Source: Candidatus Avispirillum sp. (lineage in GTDB: Bacteria > Bacillota > Clostridia > Oscillospirales > CAG-272). Taken from it: a stretch of 64,000 bases of DNA. Shown here piece by piece: positions 28,766 to 37,024 of the stretch. Where the stretch lies: NCBI GenBank assembly GCA_045656825.1, contig JAZORY010000001.1, forward strand, positions 2,819 through 66,818, in the 5' to 3' direction. The translations under genes were made by a program, and so were the position numbers. Numbering within the stretch: position 1 is the first letter of the stretch; each line of letters begins with the position of its first letter. Under the pieces are notes generated by a model. It was not told the origin of the DNA and did no database searches. It saw nothing but the letters and a program-made list of their open reading frames with translations.

Positions 28766-29740
28766 ATGTACTGCAAATATTGTGGAAATCCATTGCAGTT
28801 TGAAAATCAGCATTTTTGTACCTTTTGCGGAAACAGCGTTCAGGAGAAAAGAAGAAAGCCCTCAAAGGCAGGTGCGGTTATTCTTTCGATTCTGAAGTGT
28901 GCAGGATTTTTTGCTTTGTTTTACGGCGCGGTTGCCATAATGCAGGGGATTTATTCAGGCATTATCGCTTCTCAGTTTGTAGGAGGGAATATTCTTGATC
29001 CCTCGGGATATATGCAGCTTTCCGATGAATATTGGAATCTGTTTTCCAAAAATTACAGCTATGCTATGATAGCAGCGTATCTTGTTCTCATAACCGTCTA
29101 TATGCTTATATACTTTTTCAGGAAAAAGAATTTTGCATCAGAGATAGGTCTGAGAAAAATTGATTTTGCGGCAATTCCCACGTCATTTGGATTTGGTGTT
29201 GCTCTTCAGGTGCTTGTGGTTTTTATTATCGGATTTATAAGTATAGCCATTCCCGCAATAGCTGATAAGGCTACCCAGTCGGAGGAGGTTTATAATTATA
29301 TGTTCGGCAACGCTTCAACGCTTTCCGTGTTTGTTGCAACTGCCGTGGTAACCCCCGTTCTTGAAGAGATTCTTTTCAGAGGACTTATTTATACGAGAAT
29401 GAAAAAAACAATGCCGAAAACGGCAGCAATGCTTCTTTCTGCCCTTTGGTTTGGCGCGGCTCACAGCGGAGGAGCTCATCAGGTTGCTTATGCTGCGGTG
29501 CTTGGAATCATTATGGTGCTGCTTTATGAAAAATATAACAGCCTTTTGCCGTGCATATTCCTGCACGCAGGCTTTAACTCAACCAGCTTCCTTTATGAAT
29601 TCGTTGATATGAATTCCCCTATTGTAAATTGGATGCTGTTTGTGCTTTCAGTTGGCTTTGTGCTTGTGTTTATAGCATATTTCTTTATGTCAAAGCCGAT
29701 TTATGAAGAAGAAGGAGAAAAAACAAATGAAATTATATAA
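28766..29740 (+). CDS. CPBP-family intramembrane protease with N-terminal zinc ribbon
   Basis: Start is the ATG at 28766 after AAGGAG. It has CxxC...CxxC at the N-terminus. CPBP motifs EEILFR, FGAAH and HAGFN are present. Confidence 0.8.
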   Translation: MYCKYCGNPLQFENQHFCTFCGNSVQEKRRKPSKAGAVILSILKCAGFFALFYGAVAIMQGIYSGIIASQFVGGNILDPSGYMQLSDEYWNLFSKNYSYAMIAAYLVLITVYMLIYFFRKKNFASEIGLRKIDFAAIPTSFGFGVALQVLVVFIIGFISIAIPAIADKATQSEEVYNYMFGNASTLSVFVATAVVTPVLEEILFRGLIYTRMKKTMPKTAAMLLSALWFGAAHSGGAHQVAYAAVLGIIMVLLYEKYNSLLPCIFLHAGFNSTSFLYEFVDMNSPIVNWMLFVLSVGFVLVFIAYFFMSKPIYEEEGEKTNEII

Positions 29741-31142
29741 TTCACTCAGCCACGAAAAAGAGGAGTTTGTTCCCAATGAGCCCGGCAAGGTGTCTATGTA
29801 CACCTGCGGTCCCACAGTTTATCATTTCGCTCATATAGGCAATCTCCGCTCCTATATTATGGAGGACGTGCTTGAAAAGTATCTTCGCTACGTTGGATAT
29901 GACGTTAAGCGCGTTATGAATATCACCGACGTAGGACATCTCACAAGCGATGCCGACGAGGGCGAGGATAAAATGCTTAAGGGCGCAAAGAGAGAGAACA
30001 AAACAGTTCTTGAAATTGCAAAGTTCTATACAGATGCTTTCTTTGAGGATTGCCGCAAGCTTAATATCAAGCGCCCCGACGTTGTTGAGCCTGCAACAAA
30101 GTGCATCGGCGAATTCATTAAGGTTATTAAGGGCCTTCTTGAAAAGGGATATGCTTACGAGGCAGGCGGAAATATCTATTTTGATACATCCAAGCTTGAT
30201 AACTACTATGCTTTCCACAACTTTGAGGAAGAGGACCTTCAGGATGGCGTTCGTGAGGGCGTTGAGAAGGACGAAAATAAGAAAAATAAGGCAGACTTCG
30301 TTCTTTGGTTCACAAAGAGTAAGTTTGACGATCAGGAGCTTAAGTGGAACAGCCCCTGGGGCGTTGGATATCCCGGCTGGCATATTGAGTGCTCCTGCAT
30401 TTCAATGAAGCACCTTGGCGAATATCTTGATATCCACTGCGGTGGTATTGATAATGCATTCCCTCACCACACAAACGAGATCGCCCAGAGCGAAGCATTT
30501 GTTGGTCATAAGTGGTGCAATTATTGGTTCCACGTTCTGCATCTTAACACAAACAGCGGTAAGATGAGTAAGTCAAAGGGAGAATTTTTAACAGTTTCTC
30601 TCCTTGAATCCAAGGGCTATGATCCTATTGTTTACCGTTTCTTCTGCCTCCAGTCTCATTACAGAAAGAGCCTTGTGTTCTCCTATGAGAATCTTGATAA
30701 TGCAAAAATCGCATATGATAAGCTGATAGCAAGAATCGCTCAGCTCAATCCCGGCGAGGCAAACGAGGCAAACGTGGCAGAGCTTTGCCGCGGCTTCGGT
30801 GAGGCTATGGATAACGATATGAACACGTCCCTTGCCGTAACTGCTATCTACGATATTCTTAAGACAGATGCTGCCGATGCAGATAAGCTTGCAGCTCTTG
30901 ATAAGATCGACTACGTTATGGGCCTCAATCTTCTTTCTGCCGCTGCAAAGGTAAGAGAGGCTAACGCTATGTCCAATATCGATCCTGAGCTTCTTTCTAA
31001 GATCGAAGCGCTGATTGCAGAGCGTCTTGAGGCTAAGAAGGCTAAGGACTATGCAAGAGCAGACGAGATCCGCGGCGAGCTTACAGCTATGGGCGTTGCT
31101 ATTAAGGACACTAAGGACGGCACGGAGTTCAAGCTGGTATAA
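29727..31142 (+). CDS. cysS: Cysteinyl-tRNA synthetase
   Basis: HIGN and KMSKS class I motifs. The ATG at 29727 is preceded by GAAGGAG. It overlaps the CPBP gene end by 14 nt. Confidence 0.95.
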   Translation: MKLYNSLSHEKEEFVPNEPGKVSMYTCGPTVYHFAHIGNLRSYIMEDVLEKYLRYVGYDVKRVMNITDVGHLTSDADEGEDKMLKGAKRENKTVLEIAKFYTDAFFEDCRKLNIKRPDVVEPATKCIGEFIKVIKGLLEKGYAYEAGGNIYFDTSKLDNYYAFHNFEEEDLQDGVREGVEKDENKKNKADFVLWFTKSKFDDQELKWNSPWGVGYPGWHIECSCISMKHLGEYLDIHCGGIDNAFPHHTNEIAQSEAFVGHKWCNYWFHVLHLNTNSGKMSKSKGEFLTVSLLESKGYDPIVYRFFCLQSHYRKSLVFSYENLDNAKIAYDKLIARIAQLNPGEANEANVAELCRGFGEAMDNDMNTSLAVTAIYDILKTDAADADKLAALDKIDYVMGLNLLSAAAKVREANAMSNIDPELLSKIEALIAERLEAKKAKDYARADEIRGELTAMGVAIKDTKDGTEFKLV

Positions 31143-31471
31143 TGGATCAGAGAAGATTTACCAAAAACGATAACGGCTTTGTTTGCGGACATTGTGGCAA
31201 GGAGGTTGAGCCTCTTGGATACACGTCGAGAAACCATTGTCCGTTTTGCCTCTGGTCGCGCCATCTGGATGAAAATCCCGGAGACCGCGCAAGCGAGTGT
31301 ATGGCGCTGATGGAGCCTGTTTCAGCTGTTCCCGATGCGAAAAAAGGATATATAATTATCCATAAATGCACAAAATGCGGAGCGATCCGCAGAAATAAAG
31401 CAGCACACGAGGCAAAGGTCCAGCCTGATAATATGGCTAAGATCATTAAGCTGACAGCTAAAACGTTATAA
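31142..31471 (+). CDS. RNHCP-domain zinc-ribbon protein
   Basis: Contains the literal SRNHCPFC motif plus CGHCG and CTKCG pairs. Its ATG overlaps the cysS TAA by 1 nt. Confidence 0.7.
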   Translation: MDQRRFTKNDNGFVCGHCGKEVEPLGYTSRNHCPFCLWSRHLDENPGDRASECMALMEPVSAVPDAKKGYIIIHKCTKCGAIRRNKAAHEAKVQPDNMAKIIKLTAKTL

Positions 31472-31503
31472 AAATAGGGGGAGATTAAAATCCCCCTATT
31501 TTC
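31471..31503 (+). terminator. Intrinsic terminator
   Basis: AAAATAGGGGGA-loop-TCCCCCTATTTT. Confidence 0.8.
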
Positions 31504-31524
31504 TGTTATTTATTGGGAGGATAT

Positions 31525-31743
31525 ATGGAAATCAAAAAGGGAATATATCGTCATTTCAAGGGCGGAATATATGAGGTTGTAGATATTGCGCTTCATAGTG
31601 AAACTCTTGAGGAAATGGTGGTTTACAAAAGCGTTGAAACAGGGAAATATTGGGTTCGCCCTGCTTCAATGTGGAATGAAACGGTTGAATTTGAAGGAAA
31701 AACTGTTTCGAGATTCACTTTTGTTGAAAAAGGGATGGACTAA
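31525..31743 (+). CDS. DUF1653-like small protein
   Basis: 72 aa. IYRHFKGGIYEV...YW.RP..MW is typical of DUF1653. GGGAGG lies upstream of the ATG at 31525. Confidence 0.6.
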   Translation: MEIKKGIYRHFKGGIYEVVDIALHSETLEEMVVYKSVETGKYWVRPASMWNETVEFEGKTVSRFTFVEKGMD

Positions 31744-31807
31744 TATGCAAAAAACGTCTTTTTTTGCATAAAAGTTAGCATAATGTTGATAATAATTGCA
31801 AAAATAG

Positions 31808-31836
31808 TTGAAATTTGTAAATAAATTTAGTAGAAT
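31808..31836 (+). promoter_or_regulatory. Sigma-A promoter upstream of the esterase/ATP-grasp genes
   Basis: TTGAAA (31808-31813), a 17-nt spacer, then TAGAAT (31831-31836). This leaves a 5' UTR of about 117 nt. Confidence 0.6.
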
Positions 31837-31959
31837 AAAGTATCGCAGAGTATTTTGCGGTGCTTCTTATCCCGCGCGGCAACTTGTGCATTATTTTATG
31901 CATAGCTTGTGCTCCTTGCAGGGTATTATATACTGACTTTGATTTGAAGGAGTTTTGTT

Positions 31960-32706
31960 ATGATAGATAAGTTCGAGGTAACCTTGCCGCATCTTACAGG
32001 AGATGAGCCCCGATTTGCTTACGTTTATTGCCCCGATAAGCCCGGAAAATATCCCGTTCTTTATATGTTTGACGGGCATAACGTGTTCTTTGACGAGGAT
32101 GCAACATATGGTAAAAGCTGGGGAATGCTCAAATATCTTGAGGAAAATGACGTTCCGTTGATAGTTGCAGCAGTTGAATGTAATCATTCTCCCAATAACG
32201 GCAGACTTTCGGAATATTCACCCTTCTCCTTCAGACGTCCCTCTGTGGGCTACGTTGAGGGTAGGGGCGAATTAACAATGAGATGGTTTGTGAGAGTTTT
32301 CAAGCCCTTTGTTGATGCTCATTATCCTACCATCAAAAACAGAAACAATACCTTTATTGCGGGCAGCTCAATGGGCGGACTTATGAGCCTTTACGCGGTC
32401 CTTAAATATAATCGCGTGTTCAGCCGTGCCGCTTGTCTTTCTCCATCTGTTTGGGTAGCGCCCAAGGAGATAGATCGTCTTATAGCAGAGTCCAATATAA
32501 AGCCTGAAACGGTTGTTTATATGGATTATGGCTCAAGAGAAATGGCTAATCATAAAAATATGGCAAATCGCCTGCAAAAAGTGGCGTCTATGCTTTTTGA
32601 AAAGGGAGTTTTTCTCAATTTCCGCGTTGTTCCCCGAGGGGATCACTGCGAGGCGAGCTGGGAAAAGCAGCTTCCCTTTGTTATAAACACACTTTTGTAT
32701 AAGTAA
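31960..32706 (+). CDS. Esterase-family alpha/beta hydrolase (putative esterase, PF00756-like)
   Basis: 248 aa. GSSMGG nucleophile elbow. Late D and H residues are consistent with a catalytic triad. Confidence 0.7.
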   Translation: MIDKFEVTLPHLTGDEPRFAYVYCPDKPGKYPVLYMFDGHNVFFDEDATYGKSWGMLKYLEENDVPLIVAAVECNHSPNNGRLSEYSPFSFRRPSVGYVEGRGELTMRWFVRVFKPFVDAHYPTIKNRNNTFIAGSSMGGLMSLYAVLKYNRVFSRAACLSPSVWVAPKEIDRLIAESNIKPETVVYMDYGSREMANHKNMANRLQKVASMLFEKGVFLNFRVVPRGDHCEASWEKQLPFVINTLLYK

Positions 32707-32720
32707 TTCAGGAGAATACA

Positions 32721-33455
32721 ATGGAAACACAGTACATTAAAACCTATTCCAACGCTCTTCAGCGTGATATGGAATGTAAATTCTATGGCCACGGCGGCAA
32801 GCCCGTTCTTTTCATTCCTTGCCAGGACGGCCGTTACTTTGACTTTGAAAACTTCAGGATGACAGAATATTGGGGTCCCTATATTGAGGCAGGCCTCGTA
32901 ACTATCCTTGCAATTGATACAATTGATAAGGAAACCTATTCCGATAACTTTACTCCCGCTTATGACCGCATCCGCCGTCATGAAGCGTGGGTTAGCTATA
33001 TTATAAATGAAGCGATTCCTATGCTCAGAGAGAAAACAGGCAGATGGGACGTTGCAACCTTTGGTTGCAGCCTTGGCGCAACACATGCGCTCAACCTCTT
33101 CCTCCGCTTCCCCGATACAGTTCGCGGAACACTTGCTCTCAGCGGTATTTATGATTCAAACTATGGCTTCGGCGGTTATATGGACGAGCTTGTTTATAAC
33201 AACTCTCCCGTTCACTATATGGATAATATGGTGGGCGACCATCCCTATATTGAAAAGTACAACAGCGGCCGCGGTATTGTTTGCGTTGGTACAGGCGCAT
33301 GGGAAATTCCCGATTCAACACTTCGCCTGCGCGATATCTTCAATTCCAAGGGCATCAACATCTGGGTTGACGTTTGGGGCAACGACGTTGCTCACGACTG
33401 GGACTGGTGGTATAAGCAGGTTGAATATTTCATTCCCAAACTTCTGGAGGTATAA
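32721..33455 (+). CDS. Esterase-family alpha/beta hydrolase, second divergent copy
   Basis: 244 aa. GCSLGA elbow and a late HDW motif. Confidence 0.65.
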   Translation: METQYIKTYSNALQRDMECKFYGHGGKPVLFIPCQDGRYFDFENFRMTEYWGPYIEAGLVTILAIDTIDKETYSDNFTPAYDRIRRHEAWVSYIINEAIPMLREKTGRWDVATFGCSLGATHALNLFLRFPDTVRGTLALSGIYDSNYGFGGYMDELVYNNSPVHYMDNMVGDHPYIEKYNSGRGIVCVGTGAWEIPDSTLRLRDIFNSKGINIWVDVWGNDVAHDWDWWYKQVEYFIPKLLEV

Positions 33456-33458
33456 ACA

Positions 33459-34652
33459 ATGAAAAACATTATCTTCATTTCACCTAACTTTCCTACAAAC
33501 TATTGGCAGTTCTGCAAAGAGCTTAAGAACAATGGTATGAACGTTCTCGGTATCGGCGAGGCTCCCTATGATGAGCTCAAGCCCGAGCTGAAGGACAGCC
33601 TTAACGAATATTACAAGGTTGGCAGCCTTGAAAACTACGACGAGGTTTACCGCGCAGTTGCATTCTTTGCATTCAAGTACGGTAAGATCGATTGGCTTGA
33701 ATCCAATAACGAATATTGGCTTGAGAAGGATGCTCAGCTCCGCACAGATTTCAACATCACAAGTGGCTTCCAGGCTTCCGATATGGAGCGCATCAAGCAC
33801 AAGTCCAAGATGAAGGCATACTACGAGGCAGCAGGAATCCCCGTTGCTCGTTATTACATCGTTGAGTCTCTTGAGGGATGCAGAGAATTTCTCAGCAAGG
33901 TTGGCTATCCCGTTGTTGTTAAGCCTGATAACGGCGTTGGCGCAGCTGCTACATATAAGCTCTCCTGCGACGAGGACCTTGTAAGCTTCTACGAAAGCTA
34001 TCCCAAGGAAGTTTCTTATATTATGGAAGAGTTCGTTCACGCTGCAGTTAACTCCTACGATGCAATTATCGACGGAGAGGGTAACCCCATTTTTGAAACA
34101 GGTAACGTAACTCCCGATTCCATCATGGATATCGTTAATAATCAGGATAACAGCTGCTATTATATCCTTAAGGATCTTCCCGAGGATACAAGAAAAGCAG
34201 GTCGCGCAACAGTTAAGAGCTTTGGCGTTAAGAGCCGCTTTGTTCATTTCGAGTTCTTCCGTCTCACACAGGATCAGGAAGGTCTTGGTAAGGAAGGCGA
34301 CGTTATTGCCCTTGAGGTTAATATGCGTCCCTGCGGCGGTTTCACTCCCGATATGATCAACTTTGCAAACTCCACAAACGTATATAAAATCTGGGCTGAT
34401 ATGATCGCATACGGCTCCACAATGATGCCCCAGGGCGAGCACTTCTACTGCGCATACGCAGGCCGCCGCGACGGCAAGAACTTTGTTCTTGATCACGACG
34501 CTCTCATGGCTAAATACGGCGCAAATATGAAGATGGTTGAAAGAATTCCCGATGCTCTTGCAGGCGCAATGGGCAACCAGATGTACGTTGCAAACTTCTC
34601 CACAAAGGAAGAAATGGATCAGTTCTATAAGGACGCCGTTGCTTGCTATTAA
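33459..34652 (+). CDS. ATP-grasp domain ligase of unknown substrate
   Basis: 397 aa. The central ATP-grasp pattern is K...YPVVVKPDNGVGA...EEF....E.N.RP. Confidence 0.75.
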   Translation: MKNIIFISPNFPTNYWQFCKELKNNGMNVLGIGEAPYDELKPELKDSLNEYYKVGSLENYDEVYRAVAFFAFKYGKIDWLESNNEYWLEKDAQLRTDFNITSGFQASDMERIKHKSKMKAYYEAAGIPVARYYIVESLEGCREFLSKVGYPVVVKPDNGVGAAATYKLSCDEDLVSFYESYPKEVSYIMEEFVHAAVNSYDAIIDGEGNPIFETGNVTPDSIMDIVNNQDNSCYYILKDLPEDTRKAGRATVKSFGVKSRFVHFEFFRLTQDQEGLGKEGDVIALEVNMRPCGGFTPDMINFANSTNVYKIWADMIAYGSTMMPQGEHFYCAYAGRRDGKNFVLDHDALMAKYGANMKMVERIPDALAGAMGNQMYVANFSTKEEMDQFYKDAVACY

Positions 34653-34660
34653 TTTGAAAC

Positions 34661-34689
34661 AAAAGCCGATGCTTTCGCATCGGCTTTTT
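34661..34689 (+). terminator. Intrinsic terminator after the ATP-grasp gene
   Basis: AAAAGCCGATGC-TTTC-GCATCGGCTTTTT. Confidence 0.85.
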
Positions 34690-34713
34690 CGTTTAATTAT
34701 TTTTCAAAACCTC

Positions 34714-34742
34714 TTGATTTTTTATTTGAGGCGTGGTATACT
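34714..34742 (+). promoter_or_regulatory. Sigma-A promoter of the rimP-nusA-infB operon
   Basis: TTGATT (34714-34719), a 17-nt spacer ending in TGG, then TATACT (34737-34742). Confidence 0.7.
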
Positions 34743-34771
34743 GCATTATAGAAAGAATATTAAGATTAAAG

Positions 34772-34805
34772 GAGTGGGTTTCAGAAGAACCCACTCTTTG
34801 TTTTC
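34772..34805 (+). terminator. Leader intrinsic terminator/attenuator upstream of rimP
   Basis: GAGTGGGTT-TCAGAAG-AACCCACTC followed by TTTGTTTTC. It lies between the promoter and the rimP ATG at 34830. Confidence 0.7.
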
Positions 34806-34829
34806 AATTTGCTTTTGAAAGAGGTAACG

Positions 34830-35297
34830 ATGGAAAAACAGAAGAAAAACATTGCAGGAACAGTCCGCGATCTTCTCGAGCCTATTGCAGACGAGCTTGG
34901 CTATCTGCTTTGGGACGTTGAATACGTGAAGGAGGGCGCTGAAATGGTGCTCCGTATCACTATCGACAGTGAAGAGGGAATCGATATCGACGACTGCGAA
35001 AAGATGCACAGAACTATCGACCCCGTTCTCGATGAGGCAGATCCTATCGAGGTTGCTTACAGACTTGAGGTTTCCTCTCCCGGCGTTGAGAGAACCATCA
35101 GCCGCCCCGAGCATTATGAATACTGCATGGGAGAAAAGGTTGAGGCTAAGCTTTATGCGCCTGTTAACGGTCAGAAGAAGCTTACAGGTATTCTTGCAGC
35201 AGCAGATGAAAAAACATTCACACTTGATGTGGACGGCGAGGCAGTAACTCTTGAAAAATCTGCTTGCGCTAAGCTTGCAACAGTTTTCGATTGGTAA
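34830..35297 (+). CDS. rimP: Ribosome maturation factor RimP
   Basis: Conserved RimP N-terminus. It lies directly upstream of nusA. The ATG at 34830 follows GAGG. Confidence 0.9.
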   Translation: MEKQKKNIAGTVRDLLEPIADELGYLLWDVEYVKEGAEMVLRITIDSEEGIDIDDCEKMHRTIDPVLDEADPIEVAYRLEVSSPGVERTISRPEHYEYCMGEKVEAKLYAPVNGQKKLTGILAAADEKTFTLDVDGEAVTLEKSACAKLATVFDW

Positions 35298-35334
35298 TTT
35301 ATAATATAATCTTCATAGAAAGGTAACAGTAAAA

Positions 35335-36360
35335 ATGAATCAGGAATTTTTTAATGCCCTTGATCTCCTTGAAAAAACCAAGGGTATCCCGAAGGCTTAT
35401 ATGATAGAAAAGGTTGAAGCAGCTCTTATCAGCGCTTTCAAGAAGGAATATGGCACAGCAAACGTTCGCGTTGTTATCAATCCCGATAAGAAGGACGTTA
35501 AGGTTTACGAGTGCAAGGACGTTGTTGAGGTTGTTGAAGACCCCGCAACTCAGATTTCTCTCGAGGATGCTAAGGCTATCAGCCGCCGCCACGTTATTGG
35601 CTCTGTTGTTGAGAAGGAAGTTAAGACAAAGCTCTTCGGCCGTCTCAGCGCACAGACAGCAAAGCAGGTTATCATTCAGGGTATCCGCGAGGCAGAGCGC
35701 TCCAGCATGATTCGTGAATACGAGAAGAAGCGCGAGGAGGTTATCACAGCTGTTGTTACAAAAACTGCAGACTCTGAAGGCGCTATCGTTATTGACACAG
35801 GCACAAGCGAGGCAGTTCTTCCCGAATCCGAGCAGATCCCCGGCGAAACATTTATGGTTGGCGACAGAATCAAGGTGTTCGTAACAGAGGTTAAGAGAGA
35901 GAGCATGGCAGGCCCCATCGTAACTCTTTCCAGAACTCATCCCAACTTTGTTAAGCGCCTCTTTGAAATGGAGATCCCCGAAATTCAGGATGGTACAGTT
36001 ATTATCCACAACATCTCCCGTGAAGCAGGCAGCCGCTCCAAGCTCGCTGTTTATTCCAGAGATGAAAACGTTGAGGCTATCGGTGCTTGTATCGGTGAAA
36101 GAGGTCGCCGTATTGCTGAGATCGTAGACGAGCTCAGAGGCGAGAAAATCGATATTATCGAGTATTCTGAGGATCCTGCTGAGTTTATCGCAGCAGCCCT
36201 TTCTCCCGCTGAAGTTACAAGCGTTGAGATCGTTGGCGAAAGAAGCGCATCCGTTGTGGTTCCCGCAGATCAGCTTTCTCTTGCAATCGGTAAGGAAGGC
36301 CAGAATGCACGTCTTGCTGCAAGACTTACAGGCTTTAAGATCGATATCAAGGGTAACTGA
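35335..36360 (+). CDS. nusA: Transcription termination/antitermination factor NusA
   Basis: 341 aa. N-terminal domain, S1 domain and two KH domains (GxxGxxI pattern). Confidence 0.95.
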   Translation: MNQEFFNALDLLEKTKGIPKAYMIEKVEAALISAFKKEYGTANVRVVINPDKKDVKVYECKDVVEVVEDPATQISLEDAKAISRRHVIGSVVEKEVKTKLFGRLSAQTAKQVIIQGIREAERSSMIREYEKKREEVITAVVTKTADSEGAIVIDTGTSEAVLPESEQIPGETFMVGDRIKVFVTEVKRESMAGPIVTLSRTHPNFVKRLFEMEIPEIQDGTVIIHNISREAGSRSKLAVYSRDENVEAIGACIGERGRRIAEIVDELRGEKIDIIEYSEDPAEFIAAALSPAEVTSVEIVGERSASVVVPADQLSLAIGKEGQNARLAARLTGFKIDIKGN

Positions 36361-36362
36361 CC

Positions 36363-36662
36363 GTGAGCGCAAATAAAGCCCCTAAGGTTAAAAAGATCCC
36401 CCAGAGAAAATGCACGGGCTGCGGACAGTCCTTTGATAAAAAGGATCTTATCCGAGTTGTAAGAAGCCCCGAAGGCGAGGTTTCTCTCGACTTCACAGGT
36501 AAGAAGAGCGGCCGAGGTGCATACGTTTGCAAAAATTCTCAGTGCTTCAAAAAGGCGAGAAAGGCAAACAGATTCAAAACAAATCTTGAATGTGAGATTT
36601 CCGAGGAGCTGCTTGCAGCTCTTGAAGCGGAGATCGTAGCGTGGGAGGCTGAGAATAAATGA
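36363..36662 (+). CDS. rnpM: YlxR/RnpM family RNA-binding protein (DUF448)
   Basis: PQRKCTGCG motif. Conserved position between nusA and ylxQ. GTG start. Confidence 0.85.
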   Translation: MSANKAPKVKKIPQRKCTGCGQSFDKKDLIRVVRSPEGEVSLDFTGKKSGRGAYVCKNSQCFKKARKANRFKTNLECEISEELLAALEAEIVAWEAENK

Positions 36663-36976
36663 AGGCTCAGCTCAGTAAATATTTAGGACTGTGCGCTGCT
36701 TCGCGCTCTGCAATCTGCGGAAGCGAGCTTGCCATCAGTGCAATAAGAAAAAACTCCGCAAAGGTCAACCTGATGCTTCTTGCCAGCGACGCTTCCGCAA
36801 GAACAGAAAAGCAGGTTACCGATAAATGCGCTTTTTATAAAGTTAAGCTTATAAAGCTTGATATGACAATGGAGGAGCTTTCCGATGCGCTCGGAAAGAG
36901 CTCTCTTTGTGCCGCTTGTGCCATCACAAACAAAGGCCTGGCGGGAAAAATCGAAGAATTAATAATTCAGCGATAA
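36659..36976 (+). CDS. ylxQ: L7Ae-family ribosomal-protein-like YlxQ
   Basis: 105 aa. Conserved operon position, with a 4-nt overlap on ylxR. Confidence 0.75.
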   Translation: MKAQLSKYLGLCAASRSAICGSELAISAIRKNSAKVNLMLLASDASARTEKQVTDKCAFYKVKLIKLDMTMEELSDALGKSSLCAACAITNKGLAGKIEELIIQR

Positions 36977-37024
36977 AGTTGATGAAAGGATCCCCTAATT
37001 TTGTGGGGAACAGGTGATAGAAAT

